Assembly (NCBI GenBank): GCA_964016885.1
Contig: OZ024752.1
Location: forward strand, 37,138,001-37,202,000
Source of the DNA: Eledone cirrhosa
Lineage: Eukaryota
Direction of reading: 5' to 3'
DNA: 64,000 nucleotides
Part shown: piece by piece, positions 13,612 to 25,822 of the stretch
Layout of the letters: each line of letters begins with the position of its first letter
How positions within the stretch are numbered: position 1 is the stretch's first letter
Notes under the pieces: generated by a model
Seen by the model: the letters and a program-made list of their open reading frames with translations, nothing else
Told to the model about the DNA's origin: nothing
The model's database searches: none
Program-made: the position numbers and the translations under genes

Positions 13612-14284
13612 ACGAGGATAGGCTGAAAAGTTCATAGCCTGACTATGAAGGAGTGATGCTAGAGCTGTGAAATATTGCATGCATTAATAAGGATTTCTAC
13701 TATAGGCACAAGGCCAGTAATTTGGCGGGGAAGGGAAAGTCGATTGAATCGACCCCAGTACATTACTGGTGCTTTATTTTATCGACCCCGTAAAGATGAA
13801 AGGCAAAGTTAACCTCGGCGGGATTTGAACCCAGACCGTAAAGGTCCGTAACTCTATGCTGCAAAGCATGCTGTCCGACTCTCTACCGATACTACCAAAT
13901 ACTGCCTCTTGCTTGCATTAATAATTGTTTCTACTTTTGGCACAAGGCCAGCAATTATCCCAGTACATTACTGGTACTTTATTTTATCGACCCCATAAGG
14001 ATGAAAGGCAAAGTTAACCTCGGCGGGATTTGAACTCAAGGGCCGTAACTCTATGCATCAAAGCATTAATAATAAGCCTCATTTGGTCATTCCATGAGAG
14101 CATCTTGGTCAGACTATGAAGGCGCGATGCTAGGGCTGTGAAATCTTGCATGCATTAATTTCAACTCTTCTTATTAATAACTGAATAGCTTCTTTCCAGG
14201 GACTATGTTAAAAAATAAAACCTCATTTGGCCATTCCATGAGAGTATCTTGGTCAGCCTATGAAGTTTTCAACCCACCCTCGTA
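13612..14284. mobile_element. Mariner-type MITE with nested SINEs
   Basis: TA-flanked inverted termini CGAGGATAGGCTGAAAAGTTCATAG / CTATGAAGTTTTCAACCCACCCTCG. SINEs at ~13692-13910 and ~13924-14065. Related end at ~12540-12604. Confidence 0.7.
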
Positions 14285-14959
14285 GATACTCGAGTTAATA
14301 CAAATACAAATGTTAGCCTCTATGACTGGCACTCCGTCGGTGACGGCGATGAGTGTTCTAGTTGATATGATCAACTGAACAGCTGCCTCGTAAAATTAAT
14401 CACTGGGTCGTAATAGCCTCAGCGAGAACATCTATATATACGTATGTGCTATATATATATTGCTGGATTTATTTTAGCCACATGTCGAACCGGATCAATC
14501 AGATATATGATCAAGGGCATTCCAACCATGACCATCCCATCTTCTTAGGGGCATGAAAAATTATTCTACCTAATGTATGGTTTCTTTTCTGGAAAACTGT
14601 AGTGTGTAATCTGAGAGAGGCTTTACTGCTTCTTTGGTGGGTCGAGCTTCGTCATACATTCTGACGAACACATCAACGGCGAAACTCTGAAGTCCCTGTC
14701 AATATTTTACTTTGCCTTTCATCCATACGGGGTCGATAAAATAAAGTACCAGTAATGTACTGGTGAATTGCTGGCCTTGTGCCAAAAGTAGAAGCAGATA
14801 TTTTACTTATAAGCACACATACACACATACTCACATGTACATACACACACATATCTAGTTCTAATCTTAACATAGTAATTACCCATTTAATTATGGCGAT
14901 TATTGTATTTCTTCGGAACTAGAAACAGCGACTGTCTGTGCATGTATCAGATTGGGAAT

Positions 14960-15225
14960 ACGGAAGATGATGTGGTTGAGAGGGAGAGGAAGAGCAAGGC
15001 CACAGCTTGAGATCGGTGTGGAAGTCGGACCTTCGTAAAGACCTGAAAATCCGCCTCTTCGTTGCTTGTAGTGGAATCTGTGCTGCTGTACGGGTCTGAG
15101 ACTTGGACACTGACCAAGAAACTCATTCAGATGGTGGATGGGTGCTACACGAGAATGCTGAGGATGGCTCTGAACATTAATCAGTATACACTGAGGATGA
15201 AAAACTCAGAGCTGTATGGGAGAAC
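14960..15225 (+). pseudogene. Degraded RTE/RTEX-type LINE fragment
   Basis: Translation ...VESVLLYGSETWTLTKKLIQMVDGCYTRMLRMALNI, the post-RT LLYGxETW motif. Confidence 0.75.
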
Positions 15226-15234
15226 TGTATATAC

Positions 15235-15419
15235 TACAAGTAAAATTCCGTTATAACGAATACCATTATAACGAAATTTTCATCATAACGAAATTTTATA
15301 ATTCATCATAACGAATAAACGCTCAATTTGTTTCGGTCGATCTTGTTATAGAGAACTTTACGTTGCAACGAGTTTTGCTTTATACCCTATGAATTTCGTT
15401 ATAACGGTATTTTACTGTA
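15235..15419. mobile_element. pogo/Tigger-like MITE
   Basis: Inverted termini AGTAAAATTCCGTTATAACGAA / TTCGTTATAACGGTATTTTACT, TA-flanked. Confidence 0.65.
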
Positions 15420-15605
15420 ATATAAATTAAGTAATATTTCATTGTTCTGATTGATTATATGTTCTATGTGTTATTTGTACAAGATATCTAAATTGTTGTA
15501 GCAATAAAAATATCAATGTGAGTTCTCTCTGTTGTGTAATTTTAGCGCATTTTGCATTGAGGGGGATTTTGGTCAACAAGTCAATATTTATATATATCGA
15601 TATTT

Positions 15606-15636
<31 letters not shown>

Positions 15637-15795
15637 ATATATGTGTCTGTCTGTGTGTGTGTGTGTACATATATAAACATATATATATGTGTGTGTGTGT
15701 ATAGATATATATATACATATAAATACATATATAAATTTATAAACACGCACACATATATATATAGTTACATATATAAATTTATAAACATATATATG

Positions 15796-15840
<45 letters not shown>

Positions 15841-15936
15841 CACATATTGTTATACATATTCAAGTACAGACACACATATACACACAGAAACTGTTTGTTA
15901 GTAAACATACACACAATAACTAAATCAGTTCTGGTA

Positions 15937-15987
15937 TACATACATACATGATGGCTGCCCCCTCGTTATCGAGTATGGCCATTGCAC
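15937..15987 (-). mobile_element. RTE-type 3' terminus (hairpin plus (TATG)n tail), probably the detached end of the 28281-32233 RTE
   Basis: GCAATGGCCATACTCGATAACGAGGGGGCAGCCATCA(TGTA)n with hairpin CTCG-ATAA-CGAG. Identical copy at 33792-33830; similar ends at 3157 and 32531. Confidence 0.65.
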
Positions 15988-16006
15988 AAAAAAAAAAAAA
16001 AAAAAA

Positions 16007-16053
<47 letters not shown>

Positions 16054-16313
16054 TTTCTTTATTAACCACAAGGGTTTACATAAAGTAGACATTAAGGACA
16101 GTGCAGGACAATGCAGGACGGTACAAATGGGCATTTCTGCGTGTAAAAAAACAAAAACAGAGGATGTAACAAAAATAACAATGAAAATAACAATGAAAAA
16201 TTCCCCAATAGGGGGGAGACTTCGGAGAGACATTTGTGGAGAAAGCCCAGTAAAAAGCCACAATGACCCTGACCACCAAGGCAAGTGCCCTCTCCCAGTT
16301 TTCCACCTTTAGT

Positions 16314-19300
16314 TTACAGATATATACTCAGAGTCGGCCCATTCACTCGGGCCATTCTTGCTTCTCTCACCCATCTTTCAACAAAATGCTGGGAAGAGAG
16401 CACTTCCTTCTCTACTCTGATTTTCCTTTTCAAATGAAATTTGAAAAAGTCAATCAGAGCATCACCGAAGAGGTAAGTGCTCGTCTTCAGCCCTTTCAAA
16501 CGTGTCCACCATACTATCTCTTTCGCCATGGCCACCAGACAGATAAAAACTGCCTGCCCTTCCCGGCTAAAGGAGGAGGGCGGGGCAATCCTCACGATAG
16601 ACTCAGATGATAACTGGATCCGTCCTAAACGCGACAGCAGGTGTTCGACATAAACCCACAAGTCAGCAATTTTCGGACACTGGACGAGTGCGTGCAGGAC
16701 GGTTTCGTCGCCCTGCGCGCATCTCGGACATGCCCGGCTGACGGCACCTCCATGCCTGTAGAGTTTATCCCGAACTGGCAAGGCTCCTCGGTAGCACTGC
16801 CAGGCCAGAGATTTCTGGAAGTTGTCCATAGGCCCCGGCCCGAAAGTTCTTCCGAAGAGATTGGCTAGTTGATTTTCGTCGACGCCTAGAGTTTCCCCAA
16901 GTACGTCGTCGCTCTTCCCCTCCACTAATCCTCTATAGAACGCCGAGGTGGAGTTTCCACCGATCACATTGCCCGATTGGTCGAGGGCTGTGAGCGCCTG
17001 AAGACATTCCAGTCTCCAGGCGCTCCCTCTCGGTCTTCGCTTGACCCAGGACTGCAGCTCCGTCAAGGAAACGAGCTGGGGAAAAACGCGTCTAGCAAAC
17101 GGCGACCACACCTGATCACCGTCGAGGAAGAGGTGGAGATGTCGTAGCCTGAGCGCGTGCCTGCGCATCATCAGCCACGGCATGCCCAGCCCTCCACGTA
17201 GCGGGTGTTGACAACAGATGGACCGCCTGACCATCGGAGCACGTCCCTTCCACAAAAAGCGAAAGAGCAAACGCTCCAGCGCAGTCAGGCGAGGCTTAGG
17301 ACAAGGTACGACGGTTAGGCGGTAGCAGATGACAGACGCGATGTACGCGTTAGCCACCTCCGCTCGACCTTTCAGGGATAGCTTCCTCTCCGCCCATTTC
17401 TGGGTGAGAGAAGCCACCCTGCTCGTCACCTCGTCCCAGTTTTTGTCCGTCTGGAGGTCCGGACCGAACCAGACCCCTAGCAATTTAACCGGTCCGTCCG
17501 TCCAGCGCCCGACGACGCTGTTGGACGGCATGGACCTGCCTCTCCAGGTGCCGAGCTGCAGGCCCACTGACTTTTCCTGGTTGATCATTGCTCCTGTCAC
17601 CGCTTCGTATTCTCTTAGTGTAGTGCCGATCGCCTCGATGTGTTTGGCGTTCGACACCACTACGGTGACATCGTCCGCATATGCTGACACGGATCTTCCG
17701 CATCCTAGTTCGCGCGGGACTCCCCTCAACGTCTCCAGTTTGTGCAGTAATGGCTCGAGAGTCAATACGTACAAGAGGGACGAGAGGGGACATCCTTGGC
17801 GGACCGAGCGCATGATGTTGAACGGTTCCGACAGGTGACCGTTCACTCTCACCACAGAGCAGATGTCGCTGTGCATGGCAGCGATCCAGCCTCTGAAGAC
17901 GGGCCCAAAGCCAGCCGCCCTCAGGACTGCCGCTAGGTAACGATGGTCGACCCTATCGAAAGCTTTCGACTGATCTAAATTGATCAAGGACCCACCCGTG
18001 CCAGGTTCCCTAGCTACCCTCTCTACGATGTATCGCATGAGGTGGAGGTTGTCGTGGATGGATCTGTCGGGAATGGCGCATGTCTGCGCCTCTCCCACCA
18101 GACCACCAACGACAAGCGCCAACCTCTTTGCTAGCACCTTGGCCAAAATCTTAAACTCTGTGTTTAGCAGAGTTATGGGCCGGAAATTGTCTATGTTATC
18201 CCCCTTGTTCGGATCCTTTCTCAGCAGTGCCACCGCTCCTCGGCTCACAGAACTGGGAATTCTCCCGTTCTGTTGCCAGTTGCAGTAGACGTCCGCCAAG
18301 AGGCCTCCGAACAAGTCTGGCATCTGTACGTAAAGTTCATAGGGCAGACCATCCAAACCAGGCGATTTACCCCTTGTGCAGCCAGTCATTGCCTCCCTTA
18401 CTTCAGCGGCTGTTATCGGCTTTTCGCAACACTTCGCCTCAGTGGCCGAGAGCCGCGGCAGTCCGTCGAGGTAGACACTAAAGTCCATCCCTCTACCCGG
18501 CCCCCCGCTGCCCCCGAACAGCTGAGCGAAGTGTCGCTGAAAAGCTTCACACATTTGCCCGGGATCGAGTAGCATGCGCCCGTCGTGGTCCACCAAAGAC
18601 CGGATCGTGGCTTTGTTGCCACGACGCGCCTCCGCCACTCGGGCCCATTGAACGGCTTTCGTCCCCTCGTGTCTGAGAGCACGCACCCTAGCTCTGACAA
18701 CGCAGCCTTCGTGCTTTGCATTGAAGAATTGGTCAAGGGCCAATTTCGCCGCAAGCACGTCGGTCGCAATGCCTTTGCTAAGCGCCTCGTCTAATTTTCT
18801 AACTAGTTCTCCCTCTGCTCTATTTTTCTCTATTGCTAAAGCCTTACTAAACCTAATCGATTCTATTCTAATCGCTCTTTTCAGAGCAAACCACCACTTG
18901 TTGTTGACGATGGCCCCCGTCAACGCCCGCTTAACTAGTTCGCTAATCCGGTCTCTGTAGGCCTTGCGCGCTGGTAAGGACGCGTTTAGCTTCCAGTAGC
19001 CGGGTCCTCGTCTATGAAGCCTATCTAAGTCAAGCACACAGATCACGAATTTGTGGTCCGTGTAGCTGACTATCTTGAATTGTGGACAGCCTATGCTAGA
19101 CCTATCTATTTCCCTACAAAATACTCTATCTAGATATGATCTGGATGACCCTATGCGGTTTGTCCAAGTCCACATTGGCACATTCGGGAAATCCAATCGG
19201 TACCTGTCAGACAGTTCAAAACGCCTGAGCAGGTTGGTGAGGCTCTTGCACCCTCCACCCCTATCCGCTAATCCCACACAGTCCCAGCGTGCATCTAAGA

Positions 19301-19733
19301 TCCCGTTCCAGTCGCCCACTAACACTAAAGAGCGCGACGTTCCAAGAAAGGTCTCCAGACGCCGGAAGAAATCAGGCCGCCCTGCTCCTGTCGGGGCATA
19401 GACGGCCACTAGCCTGAAAGCTTGCCCGTCTCCGCTGGTCACGTCCAGCACCACCAGCTTACCCTCTGGGTCCAGGAAGATGGCCCGTATGGCGAGATCC
19501 AAACCTCTCCGAAAAAGCACAGCAACTCCTCCACCCGATCCAGGACGGCTGGGAGATGCGTACACATCGTAGCCGCCGAAGATCGGTGCGAAGGCCCGTG
19601 CTTCGGAGATTCTGGTCTCGCTGATGGCCACTACATCTATGTTTAGTGACCTGAGGTCGTTGAGCAGGTGACCCTGCTTCCATGACGACCCCAAGCCACG
19701 CGCATTTATGCTGCCTATTCTGAGTGAGGTCAT
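16314..19733 (-). CDS. Tx1 ORF2: APE endonuclease, reverse transcriptase, C-terminal zinc knuckle (intact, 1139 aa)
   Basis: SINARG, GDWN, YLDRVF and YTDH (APE); PGLDG, DQSKAFDRV, QGCPLS and YADD (RT); CPRC-x8-H-x4-C. Confidence 0.95.
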   Translation of the reverse strand: MTSLRIGSINARGLGSSWKQGHLLNDLRSLNIDVVAISETRISEARAFAPIFGGYDVYASPSRPGSGGGVAVLFRRGLDLAIRAIFLDPEGKLVVLDVTSGDGQAFRLVAVYAPTGAGRPDFFRRLETFLGTSRSLVLVGDWNGILDARWDCVGLADRGGGCKSLTNLLRRFELSDRYRLDFPNVPMWTWTNRIGSSRSYLDRVFCREIDRSSIGCPQFKIVSYTDHKFVICVLDLDRLHRRGPGYWKLNASLPARKAYRDRISELVKRALTGAIVNNKWWFALKRAIRIESIRFSKALAIEKNRAEGELVRKLDEALSKGIATDVLAAKLALDQFFNAKHEGCVVRARVRALRHEGTKAVQWARVAEARRGNKATIRSLVDHDGRMLLDPGQMCEAFQRHFAQLFGGSGGPGRGMDFSVYLDGLPRLSATEAKCCEKPITAAEVREAMTGCTRGKSPGLDGLPYELYVQMPDLFGGLLADVYCNWQQNGRIPSSVSRGAVALLRKDPNKGDNIDNFRPITLLNTEFKILAKVLAKRLALVVGGLVGEAQTCAIPDRSIHDNLHLMRYIVERVAREPGTGGSLINLDQSKAFDRVDHRYLAAVLRAAGFGPVFRGWIAAMHSDICSVVRVNGHLSEPFNIMRSVRQGCPLSSLLYVLTLEPLLHKLETLRGVPRELGCGRSVSAYADDVTVVVSNAKHIEAIGTTLREYEAVTGAMINQEKSVGLQLGTWRGRSMPSNSVVGRWTDGPVKLLGVWFGPDLQTDKNWDEVTSRVASLTQKWAERKLSLKGRAEVANAYIASVICYRLTVVPCPKPRLTALERLLFRFLWKGRAPMVRRSICCQHPLRGGLGMPWLMMRRHALRLRHLHLFLDGDQVWSPFARRVFPQLVSLTELQSWVKRRPRGSAWRLECLQALTALDQSGNVIGGNSTSAFYRGLVEGKSDDVLGETLGVDENQLANLFGRTFGPGPMDNFQKSLAWQCYRGALPVRDKLYRHGGAVSRACPRCAQGDETVLHALVQCPKIADLWVYVEHLLSRLGRIQLSSESIVRIAPPSSFSREGQAVFICLVAMAKEIVWWTRLKGLKTSTYLFGDALIDFFKFHLKRKIRVEKEVLSSQHFVERWVREARMARVNGPTLSIYL

Positions 19734-19768
19734 GTTTAAAATAGAGTGGAAAAGATGGGAAAGACCAC

Positions 19769-21869
19769 TTACCGTATTTTTGGTAGAGGAGGGATGGTTT
19801 TTACATCCCTTTTCACTTGATCGTCTGGTGAAGGGACCGTTGAATCGTCCCTTCGGCTGGTCGTCGGCTCTTCTAAGAGAATGTCTGAATATACTCTTCG
19901 ATTAATGGTTCCTCCTAGGTCCCTGAAATCACCAACTGCGTTGGGGAATTTCGTTTTAATGTTTGTGTATTGTTTCTGTGCTATTTTTAGCAGTCTTATG
20001 TTAGTTGGCGTTTTGATTGGTGCTGGTATTATGTAGTCCTGTTGTGAAATGTCTGTGTGTTCAATTATGTAAGTCATTAGTTTCTTGTTGTGTGTGTTTA
20101 TTGCCGTGCATTTGTTTTTCTGGGGGTGGGGTGTGGTTCTGCTATTTTCTTGTCGTTGTTGCTGGGTGTGTGTGTTTTGTTGTTGTGTTTGCGATGTTGG
20201 TGCTTGTGGTGGTGGTGTTGAAGGTGTTGTTGGCGGTGGGGTTGTCGCCGGTGGTGATGGTGGTGCTGGTGTGGGTGGTGATGGTGTTGGTGGTGTTGCT
20301 GCTGTGGGTCTCTTTGCAGTAGACTTTACCCTTTTCTCATTTCTTTCCTCCCTTTTCAAAGGCGACGATGCGCTGCTTCTGCGTTTGTGCCTTCTTGAGA
20401 CCTTTTGCCATCCCTCTCCCACCTCACACTCCATGTCTGATTCTGTAAGGTCGGGGAGGGGTACCAGCTCCACTCTTTCACTTGTTGTTGTTGGTGATGT
20501 TTGCACTGGAGTCTCTGTTGCAGCTGCATTTGGTATTGCTGTTGTTGTTGTTAATATTTCCACTGCTGCTGCTGTCTTTGATTTCCGTGGAGTGGGTATG
20601 GGTGCCACGGACCTATCGTTCCTGGTTGCCGCTTGTCCTGTTGCTGGTAGCCGTGGAACCGGATTCGGGAGGAGGGGGGTTTTCTCCTTTCTCAGGGTCT
20701 TCTCGTTGCAGAAGGCCCTGAGGTGAGTCTTCGATCCACAGCGAAAGCATTTCGGGCGTTTGCCCTCAACACTTATGGGCAGTTGAGTGCCGTTATCGAA
20801 GTCTATCACATCCGGGATAGCTTCGATGCACTCCTAGTTGGTTTGTATTAGCATCTCAATGGAGGAGCCGACCCAATCTTCTCTTACTTTTTTCTGTACT
20901 TGCAGTACAGTTGTTTTGTCCTCGATTCCGACGAGGACAGACGCGGCCAGCCAAGAAGGGGTCATTCCGGGGGGGACGTGGGTCAGTTTGACCCTCACAA
21001 TTTTTTTGCCCGCAGTAGGAGGGCACCAACACCATTTCCTCGCTCCTTAGGGTCACTACTGATTGGGCCTTTGCCTCCTGGGGTGTGGCAAAAAGTACGT
21101 CTACGGTGGCGTATTTTTTGCCTCGGGTGATGTGCGTTTTCCTCTGCCACACAGACCCCAAGGCTTTTTGTATTTGGGCCTCTGTGGCTCTTTCCACCCT
21201 ACGGGATTTTGTACTTACTGTACGGTACGTGACCGTACAGTGCTCTTGGGTTTCGAAAAAATTTTTCGCTGCCTTGCAGATTGCTCGGTGTCCGTTCTTT
21301 GTCACCATCTTCTTCGCTTCCTCTAATTCCTCATTTGTTATGAGGATTGTTTCCAGGTTTTTCGCAATACCTGCAAATGAGATTGGTTTTTCTCTGCTGT
21401 TGTTGTTGTCGTCAGAGCTGCTGGTACTTTTGTTGTTGCTGCAGGTACTACGACTACTGCCTCCGCCGCTGTTGCTGTGGTTGTTGTTGGTGTTGCTGCT
21501 GCTAATGGTGTTGTTGTTTATGCTGCTGGTGATGCTGTTGCGGCTGCTACTGTTGTTTTCATTGTCACTGTTGCTGTTGTTATTACGGCTGCTACTGCTA
21601 TTATTCCTGACGTCAGACGAATGAACTGGGTTTTCGTATTTCCCGCACACCTGTTTCGTCGCTGTCGTCGTCGTCGTGGAGAAACCTTGCACGCTTTGCA
21701 CGAGACTTTTCTTTTCTTTCGTCGCTTGCGAAAGAGAAGGTAGGGAGAGAGACACATTTAAAGAAGGGAGGGAGAGAGACAATCTTCTCTCTCCTGTAGT
21801 GATGATTGAGGAAGAAGAAGACGGAATGAGTGGGAGTGACGTATGAAATTTTTTTTTTTTGGTAGCCAT
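19769..21869 (-). pseudogene. Tx1 ORF1 of copy 1, disrupted
   Basis: Relative to copy 2: +1 T in the run at ~21001-21007 (frameshift) and a CAG>TAG stop near 20835. Confidence 0.85.
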
Positions 21870-22372
21870 GTTTTTTTGTTTAAAATGAAATTTTGGGTAC
21901 AAAACCCCAATAACTGGTTATTTAACCCCGAAGGGCCAAATAACGGACAGAAAGACCCCTCTCACGAGGAGGAGGGTGTCTTTATCAACAATTTGGTTCA
22001 AGTTTTAAGCAATTTACAATTGTTTTAACGGTTAAAAATTACTATACCTTACAGAGCCGAGCCTCCGTCAACCATGGCATTCAATAATAATAATAATAAT
22101 AATAATAATGATTTCTTTATTAACCACAAGGGTTTACATAAAGTAGACATTAAGGACAGTGCAGGACAATGCAGGACAGTACAAATGGGCATTTCTGCGT
22201 GTAAAAAAAACAAAAACAGAGGATGTAACAAAAATAACAATGAAAATAACAATGAAAAATTCCCCAATAGGGGGGAGACTTCGGAGGGACATTTGTGGAG
22301 AAAGCCCAGTAAAAAGCCACAATGACCCTGACCACCAAGGCAAGTGCCCTCTCCCAGTTTTCCACCTTTAGT

Positions 22373-25300
22373 TTACAGATATATACTCAGAGTCGGCCCA
22401 TTCACTCGGGCCATTCTTGCTTCTCTCACCCATCTTTCAACAAAATGCTGGGAAGAGAGCACTTCCTTCTCTACTCTGATTTTCCTTTTCAAATGAAATT
22501 TGAAAAAGTCAATCAGAGCATCACCGAAGAGGTAAGTGCTCGTCTTCAGCCCTTTCAAACGTGTCCACCATACTATCTCTTTCGCCATGGCCACAGATAA
22601 AAACTGCCTGCCCTTCCCGGCTAAAGGAGGAGGGCGGGGCAATCCTCACGATAGACTCAGATGATAGCTGGATCCGTCCTAAACGCGACAGCAGGTGTTC
22701 GACATAAACCCACAAGTCAGCAATTTTCGGACACTGGACGAGTGCGTGCAGGACGGTTTCGTCGCCCTGCGCGCATCTCGGACATGCCCGGCTGACGGCA
22801 CCTCCATGCCTGTAGAGTTTATCCCGAACTGGCAAGGCTCCTCGGTAGCACTGCCAGGCCAGAGATTTCTGGAAGTTGTCCATAGGCCCCGGCCCGAAAG
22901 TTCTTCCGAAGAGATTGGCTAGTTGATTTTCGTCGACGCCTAGAGTTTCTCCAAGTACGTCGTCGCTCTTCCCCTCCACTAATCCTCTATAAAACGCCGA
23001 GGTGGAGTTTCCACCGATCACATTGCCCGATTGGTCGAGGGCTGTGAGCGCCTGAAGACATTCCAGTCTCCAGGCGCTCCTTCTCGGTCTTCGCTTGACC
23101 CAGGACTGCAGCTCCGTCAAGGAAACGAGCTGGGGAAAAACGCGTCTAGCAAACGGCGACCACACCTGATCACCGTCGAGGAAGAGGTGGAGATGTCGTA
23201 GCCTGAGCGCGTGCCTGCGCATCATCAGCCACGGCATGCCCAGCCCTCCACGTAGCGGGTGTTGACAACAGATGGACCGCCTGACCATCGGAGCACGTCC
23301 CTTCCACAAAAAGCGAAAGAGCAAACGCTCCAGCGCAGTCAGGCGAGGCTTAGGACAAGGTACGACGGTAAGGCGGTAGCAGATGACAGACGCGATGTAC
23401 GCGTTAGCCACCTCCGCTCGACCTTTCAGGGATAGCTTCCTCTCCGCCCATTTCTGGGTGAGAGAAGCCACCCTGCTCGTCACCTCGTCCCAGTTTTTGT
23501 CCGTCTGGAGGTCCGGACCGAACCAGACCCCTAGCAATTTAACCGGTCCGTCCGTCCAGCGCCCGACGACGCTGTTGGACGGCATGGACCTGCCTCTCCA
23601 GGTGCCGAGCTGCAGGCCCACTGACTTTTCCTGGTTGATCATTGCTCCTGTCACCGCTTCGTATTCTCTTAGTGTAGTGCCGATCGCCTCGATGTGTTTG
23701 GCGTTCGACACCACTACGGTGACATCGTCCGCATATGCTGACACGGATCTTCCGCATCCTAGTTCGCGCGGGACTCCCCTCAACGTCTCCAGTTTGTGCA
23801 GTAATGGCTCGAGAGTCAATACGTACAAGAGGGACGAGAGGGGACATCCTTGGCGGACCGAGCGCATGATGTTGAACGGTTCCGACAGGTGACCGTTCAC
23901 TCTCACCACAGAGCAGATGTCGCTGTGCATGGCAGCGATCCAGCCTCTGAAGACGGGCCCAAAGCCAGCCGCCCTCAGGACTGCCGCTAGGTAACGATGG
24001 TCGACCCTATCGAAAGCTTTCGACTGATCTAAATTGATCAAGGACCCACCCGTGCCAGGTTCCCTAGCTACCCTCTCTACGATGTATCGCATGAGGTGGA
24101 GGTTGTCGTGGATGGATCTGTCGGGAATGGCGCATGTCTGCGCCTCTCCCACCAGACCACCAACGACAAGCGCCAACCTCTTTGCTAGCACCTTGGCCAA
24201 AATCTTAAACTCTGTGTTTAGCAGAGTTATGGGCCGGAAATTGTCTATGTTATCCCCCTTGTTCGGATCCTTTCTCAGCAGTGCCACCGCTCCTCGGCTC
24301 ACAGAACTGGGAATTCTCCCGTTCTGTTGCCAGTTGCAGTAGACGTCCGCCAAGAGGCCTCCGAACAAGTCTGGCATCTGTACGTAAAGTTCATAGGGCA
24401 GACCATCCAAACCAGGCGATTTACCCCTTGTGCAGCCAGTCATTGCCTCCCTTACTTCAGCGGCTGTTATCGGCTTTTCGCAACACTTCGCCTCAGTGGC
24501 CGAGAGCCGCGGCAGTCCGTCGAGGTAGACACTAAAGTCCATCCCTCTACCCGGCCCACCGCTGCCCCCGAACAGCTGAGCGAAGTGTCGCTGAAAAGCT
24601 TCACACATTTGCCCGGGATCGAGTAGCATGCGCCCGTCGTGGTCCACCAAAGACCGGATCGTGGCTTTGTTGCCACGACGCGCCTCCGCCACTCGGGCCC
24701 ATTGAACGGCTTTCGTCCCCTCGTGTCTGAGAGCACGCACCCTTGCTCTGACAACGCAGCCTTCGTGCTTTGCATTGAAGAATTGGTCAAGGGCCAATTT
24801 CGCCGCAAGCACGTCGGTCGCAATGCCTTTGCTAAGCGCCTCGTCTAATTTTCTAACTAGTTCTCCCTCTGCTCTATTTTTCTCTATTGCTAAAGCCTTA
24901 CTAAATCTAATCGATTCTATTCTAATCGCTCTTTTCAGAGCAAACCACCACTTGTTGTTGACGATGGCCCCCGTCAACGCCCGCTTAACTAGTTCGCTAA
25001 TCCGGTCTCTGTAGGCCTTGCGCGCTGGTAAGGACGCGTTTAGCTTCCAGTAGCCGGGTCCTCGTCTATGAAGCCTATCTAAGTCAAGCACACAGGTCAC
25101 GAATTTGTGGTCCGTGTAGCTGACTATCTTGAATTGTGGACAGCCTATGCTAGACCTATCTATTTCCCTACAAAATACTCTATCTAGATATGATCTGGAT
25201 GACCCTATGCGGTTTGTCCAAGTCCACATTGGCACATTCGGGAAATCCAATCGGTACCTGTCAGACAGTTCAAAACGCCTGAGCAGGTTGGTGAGGCTCT

Positions 25301-25787
25301 TGCACCCTCCACCCCTATCCGCTAATCCCACACAGTCCCAGCGTGCATCTAAGATCCCGTTCCAGTCGCCCACTAACACTAAAGAGCGGGACGTTCCAAG
25401 AAAGGTCTCCAGACGCCGGAAGAAATCAGGCCGCCCTGCTCCTGTCGGAGCATAGACGGCCACTAGCCTGAAAGCTTGCCCGTCTCCGCTGGTCACGTCC
25501 AGCACCACCAGCTTACCCTCTGGGTCCAGGAATATGGCCCGTATGGCGAGATCCAAACCTCTCCGAAAAAGCACAGCAACTCCTCCACCCGATCCAGGAC
25601 GGCTGGGAGATGCGTACACATCGTAGCCGCCGAAGATCGGTGCGAAGGCCCGTGCTTCGGAGATTCTGGTCTCGCTGATGGCCACTACATCTATGTTTAG
25701 TGACCTGAGGTCGTTGAGCAGGTGACCCTGCTTCCATGACGACCCCAAGCCACGCGCATTTATGCTGCCTATTCTGAGTGAGGTCAT
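22373..25787 (-). pseudogene. Tx1 ORF2 of copy 2, frameshifted near the C-terminus
   Basis: 5-nt deletion near 22594 (GCCACCAGACAGATA vs GCCACAGATA) gives 1088 aa with an aberrant tail; APE, RT and knuckle are retained. Confidence 0.85.
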
Positions 25788-25822
25788 GTTTAAAATAGAG
25801 TGGAAAAGATGGGAAAGACCAC

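Larger units (their letters stand above)
16052..22082 (-). mobile_element. Full-length Tx1/L1-clade LINE, copy 1
   Basis: ORF1 plus ORF2 layout, AATAAA just before the 3' end, (AAT)n on both sides, near-identical to 22110-28135. Confidence 0.93.

Noticed and set aside
13310-13621. Poly-lysine ORF
   Set aside because: A-rich simple repeat.
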